A stretch of DNA of 48,162 nt, taken from the NCBI GenBank assembly GCA_043228905.1, contig JBHGNT010000228.1:1-48162 (forward strand). The letters are read 5' to 3'. Positions 12,915 to 24,576 of this stretch are shown piece by piece (the stretch's first letter is position 1; the number at the start of each line of letters is the position of its first letter). The stretch is from Azolla caroliniana (lineage: Eukaryota; Plantae; Polypodiophyta). The notes under the pieces were generated by a model. The model had not been told where the DNA came from and did no database searches. It was given only the letters and a program-made list of their open reading frames with translations. The position numbers and the translations under genes are program-made.

Positions 12915-13661
12915 GTATGCTTTGTCTTCCTTATATGTATACCGAAAGCCTTCAATCATATTTCCGTACCATATTATTCATGTTTTTGTGTCTTTTCCAT
13001 TCTATCCATACATGCATTTTGTGCATCATATTCATTAGAAACGACGTCTCTCTTCTCTGCCCTTCTTTCTGGTTTTTGGAGGAAGTGATTCTTATGTTTT
13101 TTTCTGCAAGATTGTTTTTGCCATATAATCTGAGCGGCTTTTGATTACAAAATATTATTCTGCTTTTCATTGTAAATGGGATAACTTAAAAAATAAATAT
13201 GGGTTCTCAATGTTTTGTAGATAGTAACCGATATTTGTTCAGTTTTGTTTATATATACATACATACATGCCTCTTGTCATCGTATTTCATGGATTTTGAT
13301 ACATCCACGTTTTCTGATCAGTCCATTGATATTGTTTTAAATTTTGTGGTCTTTGGCCGCATGGCAAACCTGATAAATTTTTGTTTTCTGAAGAATCCAT
13401 GTAAATTGGTTTCAATATCACTTTGCTGAATCTGTATATCTTTAACTTTCTTTTCTGATCCTTCTGTGGAAAATTGTGTTTAATAACACTTTCTTTGGAC
13501 TAAATTTGGGTTTAATATTGCTTTCTTTCGATGAATATCCAGTTTAATATTTCTGATGTGTTACCAGAAATGGGCATTCATTCATCAAGTGCTCATGTTT
13601 TATTTCAGGAAATCAATCATATTGGAAGTAAGAGAACCAAGGTATATTCAAATTTCATACA

Positions 13662-16600
13662 ATGAAGGAGTTATTAAAAACTAATAACAAATCTAAGGGG
13701 ATCCGAGATCCTGTTAGAAAATCCCCTGTTTTTGGAAGCGCTTCTACAGTACCTACAAGCGAAGTGAACATAACACGACAAGATTGTGAGAAGGTACATG
13801 TTGGGGGTGGTAGCAAAAGAAATGGCAGAAGGAAGCATCTTAAAATAAACACAGGAAGAAAAGTCACTAAAACACCTTCATCAGTGAAGGATTTTCATAC
13901 ACTTCATGAACACCATCATGGTTCCCCAAAAACAGATATATTTCATGAGCATCCTGATTCCACGATATTAGGTTGGGACTTGACTTCTGAAGAGTCCGAA
14001 TGTGAATGCTCGAGAAGTTGTTTAGAAAATGCGAGAGTCCTTGGAGAGGACTATGGATTGGGGTGTTGTAAATCAGTAGGTGAATCAGCTTCTGTTTTAT
14101 ATAATTGGAGAAATTCAGATCATGGTGTGAGAGGTCATGTCAACACTTCTATCATTGAGGGTCTTCAACTAGAAGCATCATCTGAGGCATGGAATAGGAA
14201 ACAATCCAAAGCTTGTCAAGTTGAGGATGGAAGACTGAAATCCATGGAAACTACTTCTAGATTGGTACATGGCCACATGCTGAAGAAAAATGAGCAAGTA
14301 TTTTCGCCTTTGGTGCTCGATCCTAGTGAAGAAATGCATTCTTTTATTCCTTCCCAGCCTTCCTTCATGTTAGAGGAACCTTTCCATTACAATGAAGAAG
14401 GAAGTGACACCACCGATGAATGGCCAAGTGGGGTCGTATTGAACGGAAATGAAGCTTTGGGAAGGAAACCAAGTTTGAGATCACACATTCATCATCTTTC
14501 TTCACACGAATCACTCCGACCACAAAGGAAACAGTCAGGAAACATAAAAAATGCTTCAAAAGCTATACCAATGCTTAGCAATTCTGCCAGTTATATAGCT
14601 CGACAACGACTATTGCACAATTCAAGACCCATTCCATGGGAATCAACCTTACTTGACAATGAGGTAAACACCGTGCAATTGCCTTTCAAGAAGGAAAGTG
14701 AAGGAATCCAACATCACAGCAAACATTCTAAAAAACTAGATACAAGGCATCTATTCAGTGGTCGAGAAAACTTAGGTTTGCCTCCCAATTCAAAGTCGTC
14801 AACAAGACGAAGGAGCAATCTAAGTTCTGAGGCCCAATCTATGCTTTTGAGTAAGCAATTGAGAAGAGTTTCTTATCCACACATGAAAGCTGAGGCCGAG
14901 CCATTCCTTTTCTTGACTGAGTTAGATGACTACAATGGAAGTGATGATGAGTTGGTGGCATCTTCGAATGATGGGCCGTCAATGGGTGAGCTTGAAGGAG
15001 AGCTAGAATTGGAATCAGGTAATGATGCTCCAGATAGACATAACACCGGTAAGATAGTCAGAGTGGCTAATGTAGAAGAGTGTCAACTCGCTGTCACAGA
15101 TTGCAAAGAACTTGCTCTTTGCGAATATAAGCCTCGAAATTTAAGTCAGAAGTATCGGCCGAAAGTGTTTGAAGACATAGTTGGGCAGCGTATCGTGACA
15201 CAAGCCCTTTCTAATGCTATTTCAAAAGGGAAGATTGCTCCCGTATACCTTTTCCAAGGGTCTAGAGGAACTGGAAAAACATCAGCTGCAAGAATATTTG
15301 CATCTGCTCTCCTTTGCTTATCAACTGAAAGCGAAAAGCCTTGTGGAGTTTGCAACGAATGTATTAGTGTAGCCTTAGGTAAGTGTCCTGAGGTTAGAGA
15401 AGTTGATGCGGCAAGTAACAATGGGATTGAGAGAGTTAAGGGCCTTTTAGAGGAAACACTATCGCCTACTCCATCTCCGTACAAGGTGTTTATCATAGAT
15501 GAGTGCCATGTTCTAGCTACGGAGACATGGAATGCACTTCTGAAGATATTAGAGGAACCTCCCATGAATGTTGTGTTCATCCTCATCACTACTGATCCGG
15601 ATCGGCTCCCTCGGACTGTAGTTTCAAGATGCCACAAATTCCTTTTTCCGAAAATAAGAGATGCTGAGATCGTTAAAAGGCTACAGAAGCTAGCAATGCT
15701 AGAAGATCTAGCAGTGGATATTGGAACATTGCAGCTTATTGCATCGAGATCTGATGGTTCTCTGCGGGATGCAGAAATAACGCTTGATCAAGTCAGTTTG
15801 TTAGGACAGCAGATAAATTCTTCAACAGTTCAGGAACTGGTACTATTAGTAGCAATGGTTTCCGTTTTTATCTCACATACATGCCTTTTGTTGATTCTAT
15901 TTTACTCGATTGATTTTTCTTTATACTAATTGCTTGACCTATTTCCTCTATAAACTTTACCTCTTAATACAAACATTGTTTTCACTTCTTCATCAGGTTG
16001 GCTCTGCATCAGATGAGAAAATGCTAAGCTTGTTGGACTCTGCGTTGCAAGCGTCTACTGTGACCACTGTAAGGAAGGCAAGAGAGCTTATAGATTCTGG
16101 CCTCGAACCGCTTTCCTTGATGTCACAATTGGCAACTTTAATAACTGATATTCTAGCAGGCAGTTTCAAGTTTACAGATAAACAAAGAAAAGGTTTCTTT
16201 CAAAAGCAATTTTGTAAGTATTGAATTGCTACTGAAATGAACCAAGCACCCAAATGTTAAAACAAAGAGTTTATCCAATAAACCATTTCTTTGTTTGATT
16301 CTTCATTTCCTGCACCTATGTATTGGCATCGTAACTTCTTGTTCATCATTGTTTTCCTCACTATATATTGATATGATAACCAAGAAGCCACACACTTAGC
16401 TCATTACGTTTCTGATTAAATGAATTGTATTATCAACATTATATTGTCGTATTTCATTTTTATCAACTTTACATTAATCTTAGTCATTTGAAGTGACACA
16501 TGTTTGTGGGATTATGCTAATGTAAGTTCAACTTGTCTAGTCTCGGAAGAGAAATTGGAGAGGCTACGAGTGGCAATGAAAACGTTGTCAGAAGCTGAAA

Positions 16601-18537
16601 AGCAGCTCAGGGCTTCTAACGACAGAGCTACTTGGTTAACTGCTGCGCTCCTTCAACTTGGCCCCGATCATAGCTCATACATATGCACTACATCATGTGC
16701 TGGTACAAGTGTCACACAAAGTCCTGTTGATGATGGAGGTGAGAATGAAGCCACTGATATGGAGCATCATCATCATCAGTCATCTGAAAAGAAAACACGG
16801 GTAGCGGAGAATACTAACACAAGTTTCCCCCGAAATGTAACTTCGGAGTATTTGAATCTGGAAAGCAAAGATGAACATAATGGAGTTGGTCATGAAAAAG
16901 TTGTGTACTGGACAAAAGGCCCGAGTCCACAAGGAAATCCACAAGGAAGAGTTAACCTACAAAGGCATTCTCATGAGCCAGTGCAGCGAATGTCAGAAAT
17001 ATCGTGTTTTCAAGATAGAATAGAAAATGGATCATTTATTGGTAAAAATGAGGTTGGTCATTCCAAGCTGGATGACATCTGGCAAGCAGTGATCGAGAAA
17101 TGCCGATTACAACCTCTGAAGCAATTTCTTTTCACTAGTGTCAAACTTATATCTATAGCAATCTCGGAGGGTAAGCTTATAAATATTAGTAGTATGAAGG
17201 TCAAAGCACCAAAGTATCCCCAGAGTTTCCAAAAAATCACCAGAGTACCCCTATGTAGTAAATTTTGTACTACAAGAAAGCTATTTTGGTAATTATATAA
17301 AACATAGCGATATTCCGGTGAAAACCCAATAAGTTGAGAGAAATGGCTGCTTTTCCTTTGTATATAAAACCTAAAAGAGTTGGAAAAGTTCTATTACATA
17401 TGATACCCCTTACCGGTTTTTATATTTTCTTTTCAAAATACCTTATATACTTGGTATTTTTTAATGTGTGTAGTGGATGCCATTGTCAATTTGGAGGTTT
17501 ATTATCCAGATCACAAGTTGAATTGCGAGAGGTCACAGAAGAGCATCATGTCTCTATTTGAATCAGTTATTGGTTTCCCCATAGAAATAAGGACAACACT
17601 AGCTTCACTCCCACTGGGTATTGAAAAGCTCGGAGCAACACAAGGATCAGTGATCAAGGACTATGATGAAAAGCTCTCAAGAACTATCGGGATTAACCCA
17701 AGTTCAAAGCAGGATATGGGATCTTTGTATCAGAATCAAACCATATATAATGTTTCTCACAAACTTCCTTCAAATCATATTACACAAGATATGGAAAATG
17801 AACCTTGCTTTGGGAGGGAGAGGCGGATCGGTGACATAGAGGCGCTATCTCTGGAGTCTCATGAACTAGCAGTCTTACCTGATAAAAACAGGTGTGGAAA
17901 AATCTATTGTCGACGCTTTATATATGAATTAAATCACAATTTTGATTCATAGATATTGCATTGAATGTTGTTTGTGAATTAACAGACATTTGTTTTGTAT
18001 AAGAGAAAATCCAGTGTTACTGGTTTACACCCTAAATGTCTTTATCATTACATTCTTGAACATCTATAGTGAGCGAGTTCAAATTTCAACCACAGTTTTT
18101 ATTTGTGCAAGTAAATAGTTGTGTTATTACTTGAATATTAATACTAAATGCTTTTCGATCATATATACATTATCATCACATTTTTGAACATTTATTGTGA
18201 ACCAACAACAATGTTTTCTTTTCATAGGAGTACATCCTATATTATTAATGGACGCAGAAGCTATGATGCATATAATCCCAAGATGATGGAAACAAGCAGC
18301 TTCAAGATGGCTCATCAAATGTCAGTGAATAGTCATACCAGTGCACATGATGATAGAAGCAACTCTATGATAAAACTTCCTAGATTCTCCACCAAGAATA
18401 CACATACAACACCAACGCAAATACAAACTTATGCCGAATCACCGAAGAGGTCGGATGTTCGAACCTTTCATAAAAAAAGCAAATTCAAGGGCACTTTTGC
18501 TAGGTTTTTCCAAGGGAAGCTTACAAAGCATGGATGA
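13662..18537 (+). CDS. STI: STICHEL-like protein (AAA+ ATPase related to DNA polymerase III gamma/tau clamp loader), ~1250 aa, 5 coding exons
   Basis: Phase-consistent GT-AG exons 13662-15839, 15997-16213, 16541-17170, 17474-17891, 18228-18537 (3753 nt). Motifs: RNLSQKYRPKVFEDIVGQ, Walker A GSRGTGKT, Zn site C..PCGVCNEC, Walker B IIDECH, LLKILEEPP, SRC, DGSLRDA. Plant STICHEL-family segments GIRDP, LYNW, LMSQLATLITDILAG and LSEAEKQLRASNDRATWLTAALLQL. The last exon junction is the least certain. The symbol is family-level (STICHEL or STICHEL-like). Confidence 0.93.
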
Positions 18538-19677
18538 GAAGCAAGCAATTGGGAGATAAGCTAGAGGGAAACATTGTAAAATATGTTTTTAAAAAAATTC
18601 CCTCTTATTAATGGGGTCCAATAGTGTGTATATATAGTTGGATATTTCTTCTTTGTATTACAACATATTATAAGCTCCTCCATGACATTTTTAGCTAGGG
18701 TGACATTACAGGAATGGTCACTTCTCTGGACCACAGTCTTTTGTGGTAAAGGGTAAAGCTTTGCTTTTGTGCCTCTGCACTAATGATGTGCTCAAAGTGT
18801 ATATAAATTTGAAGTTTTTATTAAGTATAATTTGCCATTCTTTTCATGCCTTTTTACTTAGTTTTGGGTTCAAATAATGAAGTGCATTGAAATGTGACTA
18901 TCCTGTGAAGGTTGATTCAAACTGCTTTACTAGACAAGTTTTTGAAAGGTATTTTATATTTATGTTACGGCCACTTTGATTATATGATATTTGTCATTTC
19001 TGGTGTTTGTGAATATATGGTGAATGCAATTGCAGTATTTATTACATTAATACCCTGTGCGTATTGTAATTCATAATTTCATACTGTAGCCAATGTATGT
19101 GTTCTCTACATTACCATAAGTCTTATTATCAAGAGATACAAAAGTTCTGATCAAAACATTCAAAATTTCTCATGACAGTTACCACAGTTATTTTGTTTCA
19201 TTGCTACTCTTTCTGCCTCACCACGATGTTTAATCAGAACCCTGATATAGACTGTTCTCTCTCTAGAACAAGGCTTAATCTATTTCCTTAACAATTACTA
19301 ATTAGAATAATCCTCATGGATGCAAATATTATAGATTATATCTAATTTATAGCATAATCAATGCTATCAAGCAACATACATTACAATGATCCACAGCCTA
19401 CACATAAGACAACAGAGGGATAGCGTGAGTTCTTGGAAGGCTAAATCATGATTACCTACTCATATTCTTACTATCAATGTTTTTTTAACATTCATAAAAT
19501 AATGAAAAACATGAGACTTAATGATTTCTAGTTTTCACCAGGTTTGACTCATTTAATGTAAACAGCACCAAATGAACTTCCAATGAATTGCTTTGGAGTT
19601 GGATATGTTTTCTAAATATCTCCAGATGTTAGTCGTTTAGCATTGTTTATCATGCTGAATAAACAATATGTACATAT

Positions 19678-21579
19678 TTATCCATTACATCTACGTTCTG
19701 GTGGCTTCTTACTTCGATCAAGTCCAAGACTTACTTTTAAAGAGGGAACTTTGTAACCCTCTTTCCCAAAGTATTCTTCTGACCCCTTAAAATAATACCC
19801 TTTAAGAACAGGTTTCTTCTTTTCTATCACTTCTTTCCCTTTTATAGCTTCATCTTGCTCAATGTTGCTGCCAACACAAAACTCTACGAAACGTTCTTGC
19901 CAAACAACCAATGGTTCTTTCTCAATCAATAATGATTCTTTATAAGCTTCTTTCAAGAACACGTGTGATCTCTTTTCCCCTTTTACGACATAGAAGATTC
20001 CATCATATTTGATAAAAAAATCTACCAAACAATGCGGTAGCCGATATGGCTTGCAAAGTTGCTGTAACTGATCTATTGTCGCCCTTTTCTCTAATGTAAG
20101 GCTTAGGAACTCATGAACTACAGCCACTGCAAATTTCTCTGCCTCAATAGAATCTGGTGAAAGATCCAAATCACGAGAATTTTTGTATGGTGAAACATAA
20201 GGCAAAGATTGAAATTCTTCAATCTTCTCTGCCTTCTTCCTTCTGGGCTGAAGCCCCTTTTTATTCTTCCATGGGAAACGCAAGCATTGTGTATCTCCGA
20301 AAGAGTCATCGCCTATATTTGATAGATCAACATGTAGCTTGTCTTCTGCAGTCGTAGGCTCTGGATCCTTGGTCTGAATTGCATATTTCAAATCCTCAAT
20401 CAACATTCCTTGATGAACATATTCTGAACCCTCAACCGAGATTTGCTGATGAATTTCTCCATCCTCAGTTGAGATTCCTCGATGTGAGTCCCAATGCACA
20501 GATTGTGTATCCTCAGTTAAGACTCCATTATGAACATGTTCATCTTCCTTGAATGGTCGATGCACATATTCAAAATCCTCTGTCGGCACACTACGAACAT
20601 ATTCTGCATCTTCACTCAAGATTCCCTGATGTTCGTCTTCTGAATCCTCCGTTGACATCCCTGGACAAACACACTGCAAATCTTTGCTCAAGATTCCGTG
20701 ACATACATCTTCTGAATTGGTTGAGATTCGTCGACTATTTCCCTGCACAACAGGGGCATTTAATAGGCTCTCCTGTTCATTGTCCTCTATTATAGATTGC
20801 AAAGCAATATCATCTCCAAGATTCATGGCATTCTTCTTCATCTTCTTCTTTTTGGATTTTCCTTCATTCGGAACCAGTGCATTCTTTTCAAGAGTAGAAA
20901 CAGCTAGACCTTCATCCCAATCACCACAAAGTTCAACATACAGCCAGCCTTTCCTCTCTTTAAGAGAGAAAAACTGTGGGTATTTTTTTACTAACCTCTC
21001 TTTGAAATCAAAAGGCAAACCAAGAGATTCTCTTACTCGTTCAAGTGCATCGATTCGGAGGCGTTTTTTCATTGAGATCATTAGAACCTTCCGTAGTTTT
21101 TCCACTAGCTGAGGTTCGAATCGATCAAATATCTCTCTCTCCTCTTCTAGAAGCCTCTGAGCCTCTCCATTGAATTTACACCATGTCCTCTTCCTATTGT
21201 TATGGTTATAACAAGAATGAAGGGTGAAAGCTCGTGGGTATTTCCGGACATATATTGCGATTTTCTTCTGTTTCCCCGCTTTCATAATATCCAGTTCTTC
21301 TCTGCATTGACCTAAATCAGCTACTTCTATGCTCTGGGAAGGCTGAGAGTTTAAGATCTCTTTCAAGCCAAGGATGAAGTTCTTCTTCTTCTCATTAAAA
21401 GGTTTTATCTCAAACCATGGCTCTCTCAGAGGAAGCCCGAGTTTCAACCTTTCTTTATCAGATTTGGGTTCAATCAAAAGCTTCTTTTTGTCAAAAGACG
21501 AGTGAAGAAAACGAATATTTGGACCCATGCTATGCACAAATTGTGATCCCCTGTTCCATAGCTCTGCAACAAGCTTCAT
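19678..21579 (-). CDS. PORR-domain (plant organelle RNA recognition; WTF1/RPD1 family) protein, 633 aa, intronless, with a large internal repeat insert
   Basis: PORR signatures: YVRKYPRAF, LVEKLRKVLMISMKKRL, LGLPFDFKERLVKKYPQFF, VELCGDWDEGLAVSTLEK. After the insert: FQSLPYVSPY, EAEKFAVAVVHEFLSLTLEKR, GIFYV..G....VFLKEAY...LIEKEPL. The basic N-terminus is compatible with an organellar transit peptide. Confidence 0.92.
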   Translation of the reverse strand: MKLVAELWNRGSQFVHSMGPNIRFLHSSFDKKKLLIEPKSDKERLKLGLPLREPWFEIKPFNEKKKNFILGLKEILNSQPSQSIEVADLGQCREELDIMKAGKQKKIAIYVRKYPRAFTLHSCYNHNNRKRTWCKFNGEAQRLLEEEREIFDRFEPQLVEKLRKVLMISMKKRLRIDALERVRESLGLPFDFKERLVKKYPQFFSLKERKGWLYVELCGDWDEGLAVSTLEKNALVPNEGKSKKKKMKKNAMNLGDDIALQSIIEDNEQESLLNAPVVQGNSRRISTNSEDVCHGILSKDLQCVCPGMSTEDSEDEHQGILSEDAEYVRSVPTEDFEYVHRPFKEDEHVHNGVLTEDTQSVHWDSHRGISTEDGEIHQQISVEGSEYVHQGMLIEDLKYAIQTKDPEPTTAEDKLHVDLSNIGDDSFGDTQCLRFPWKNKKGLQPRRKKAEKIEEFQSLPYVSPYKNSRDLDLSPDSIEAEKFAVAVVHEFLSLTLEKRATIDQLQQLCKPYRLPHCLVDFFIKYDGIFYVVKGEKRSHVFLKEAYKESLLIEKEPLVVWQERFVEFCVGSNIEQDEAIKGKEVIEKKKPVLKGYYFKGSEEYFGKEGYKVPSLKVSLGLDRSKKPPERRCNG

Positions 21580-21612
21580 GGCCTTATTGCCAAGGCCCCT
21601 AAAAGAGAGAGC

Positions 21613-21722
21613 ACCCTAAAGATGTTTCCCTAACCCTAAACCTGATAGACCATCCAATGAGCTTTCATGGCTTTCTTTGTAAAAACCTGGATGCCCAAGA
21701 CGGACTGCTAAAACCCTAAACC
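21613..21722. promoter_or_regulatory. Cluster of telo-box (AAACCCTA-like) motifs upstream of the PORR gene
   Basis: ACCCTAAA at 21613, CCCTAACCCTAAACC at 21628 and AAACCCTAAACC at 21711, all within 35-145 bp of the ATG at 21579. Confidence 0.5.
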
Positions 21723-21786
21723 TTGATCTTGTTCACTAATTCCATTAAAATGGAGTTTGTCATGAACCTTCCTTGCCATGGACCCC

Positions 21787-21975
21787 AGTCCTAAGGGTAT
21801 TATGTAAATAAACCTCTTCAAGGGGCGAGAGTTCGAGTCTCCTGTTGTTACCTGTAGATCGATCTTTCTTTCAACACAACTTCGCATTGTTACCTCTAGT
21901 CCTAAGAGTATGTAAACCACTTAAGGTGCAAGAGTTTGAATCTCGTGTTGTTACCTCTAGATCGGTTCCTCTCTC
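21787..21975 (+). pseudogene. Two tandem decayed class II tRNA-like units (tRNA-Leu/Ser relics or SINE heads)
   Basis: Units at 21787 and 21898 share AGTCCTAAG.GTA...AAACC.CTT.AAGG.GC.AGAGTT.GA.TCTC.TGTTGTTACCT.TAGATCG. The first has a T-arm GAGA-GTTCGAG-TCTC preceded by a CCTCTT-C-AAGGGG variable-arm-like stem. Confidence 0.45.
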
Positions 21976-23225
21976 ATCTTGATCAAAGCATTAGTTACGT
22001 AAGCTGGTTTGTCCTCGACCATTTCAACAATGTCAAGGAAATGATACAACCAGTTCAACACATTACAGTACAATACAATAGTCGGGAAGCCTCGGGACTC
22101 TCAATATGTATATTTGACCTACCTACTTAGTACTTAGAGCATCATGTATCGTGCATAGCGGTTCCTAGAATGATCTACACGGAGATATGTAAATACAAAG
22201 ACAACACTTCCAAGTCTCCAACATGTCGATCCATGTACAAAGGTAGGTTGCCTTAGGATGTTGGTTGGTTTATATCTAGCTTTCTAGTACATATTATTCC
22301 ATGTTTATTTGTAACAGAAAATGAGCACATGATGGTTGGGTTCATAAGAAGAGGGCATGAAACTTCTTGACAAGTAGATGGATGTGAAATTGTGAAGACA
22401 TATGAGGGAGAATTGGGAGATATTGATGTGTAGAGTATCAATTGAGGCCAAGATTCATTTGATTCCAAATAACTTTCTCTTTTCCTAACAAGAAGTATAA
22501 TGGTAGAGTTATCATTCATAATTTGTTGATCACATCAACAATAATACAAGCTATAAGGCTTCCACAAGAAGAAACCATAAAATGTCTTATAATTGCATGA
22601 AAGCAATTTGATAGTTTCATTGAAACTTATAATGAAGGCCAACATGCAACAATTGCGAGAATCAAACATATGGAGAATGAATTGACACATATTAAGGAAT
22701 ATGCTACGATGATGTAAAACAAAGTTGGATCAATGTTTGTAAGATGGTTGTAAGTGAATGTATACCATGCACATAAGTAAGGAGCGATAAGAAGAATCGA
22801 CATCATTGCATTGATGATCTAGATTGCAACCTTTCTGTCAAATATTAGGTCAAAGAAATGATAGACAATGTGAAGCAATACTAATATATTTGCGATTAGT
22901 AATGTAATACAATATCAAGAACAAGACCAACTAAGCAAACATAATATGGAATCTTGAACCCTAAACCCCCTAGATAGATTAATATTGACCTCATTAAACT
23001 AAACTTTTAACACCTATATGTAACAAACATGTGAACTATAATGAATTTTCTTTCCCATGCTAAGAACTCATAAATTCTTCCTCAACATCCATTAAATGTT
23101 GATTTTTATTACTGACACTTGAAGGCATTCCCTTTGTTTAAACAACTTCTGTCAACTTGAAACGTGTCATAAATTAACTTATATATGAGCCATGCATGAC
23201 CCTATGCATGCCCAATAGGATCTCA

Positions 23226-23331
23226 AGCCTGTCTAGGAATTATACATATATTCATACTTGAGTGATGAGCGCATCCTATTCATGATCACTAGCCTTTCTA
23301 GGATTGATACACATATTGATACTTGATTGAT
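23226..23331. repeat. Diverged ~41-bp direct repeat, 65-bp period
   Basis: AGCCT.TCTAGGA.T.ATACA.ATATT.ATACTTGA.TGAT at 23226 and 23291. Confidence 0.7.
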
Positions 23332-24576
23332 ACGTGTTCTGAAGCTCTAAATATGCTCAACAAGGTACATATATGCATTGATATCACAAAGGGATGGAGT
23401 TTATTTTATTTGCGTGTTGATAATACAAAGATGGCGAATGAACTTGAAAGAGGAATTAACAATAAACATTCATAATCCGATTGATCTATGTACATCACAA
23501 TGTAAAGAAATACTAACATGTGTGTTCTTTGTGAGCAAAACATCACAATAAAAGATCTAACGATAGTTTGATCATGGATAATGCAAAACCATGGTGGGTA
23601 TGATGACACCAATCTAATAGTCATAAAATATCAACATTTTTTTTTTGTTAAAAGCGCTTCATGAGCTACAATTGTGTGAACCGATGAGTATCCATTGATT
23701 GTGTGAAAACAATAGTGATGACATGCTCGGCCTTGGAAACAAACTTAAATATCACAATTTTAAAGAAAAAAAATGGAATTTCAAATTAAGTTCTAAAACC
23801 CTCGATAGAGGGTTGAATCATTGAATTTATTGGTAGAGTAGTATGGAAGCAAAATTTTGAGTTTCCTTGAGTATGAGAGATAGGGGGGAAACATACTCCA
23901 TAAACTGTACATGTCAAAAAGCCGAAATGCATACATACTTGTGCGGCAAGCATGGGTGTGTAGGGAAATTATTTCCATCATGTAGATACAAGGCTCTTTT
24001 GATGGGTTGGGGAATGTCCCTCAATTAAAGAGACATATGGGGGGAGGCAAAAATATCTGTTGCAATGGGTGGGTTTTACAAATAACTAATATAATTGTGT
24101 GATATATCCCGAGAAAAAAAAAACTGAATAAATAAATAAATAAATAATAGGGAATAATTTTACGATATTGTGGCGACAACATTGGTAATGCTAGATGTGG
24201 GGATGAATGCAAGGGCCGACACATTGTGTGTCATTGGGCATGGGGCTATGTGATATATATAGAGTTGTATAAACATGAATAGAGTAGTTGTATAGGGTGG
24301 TGACGATACACGGTCCAATGCACATTAAAACACATGAAAGCGGCACGCTACATAAACTCTTAGCCGTTTGCTAGATTTTTAAAGAAGAGAACCTAGATGC
24401 TCGCGGATGAACAAAGAAAAGCCGAGGGAGCCCCCCCCCCCCCCCTTCCTTACAATCTTGGGGCTACACTTATACATATACATAGCCATATACATGTACA
24501 TATATGGTTTTAGATGCATGTGTTAGTTTCTTGAGTTACAAGGTTTAGACCTGCACTTGGTGGTCCTCATCATAAT

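Noticed and set aside
15146-15637. 163-aa antisense ORF within the STICHEL-like exon (likewise antisense ORFs over PORR and TCP)
   Set aside because: Shadow ORFs of real coding sequence with no recognisable motifs.
19405-19426. GAGGGATAGCG partial match to miR390
   Set aside because: Only 11 nt match and no complementary arm for a hairpin was seen.
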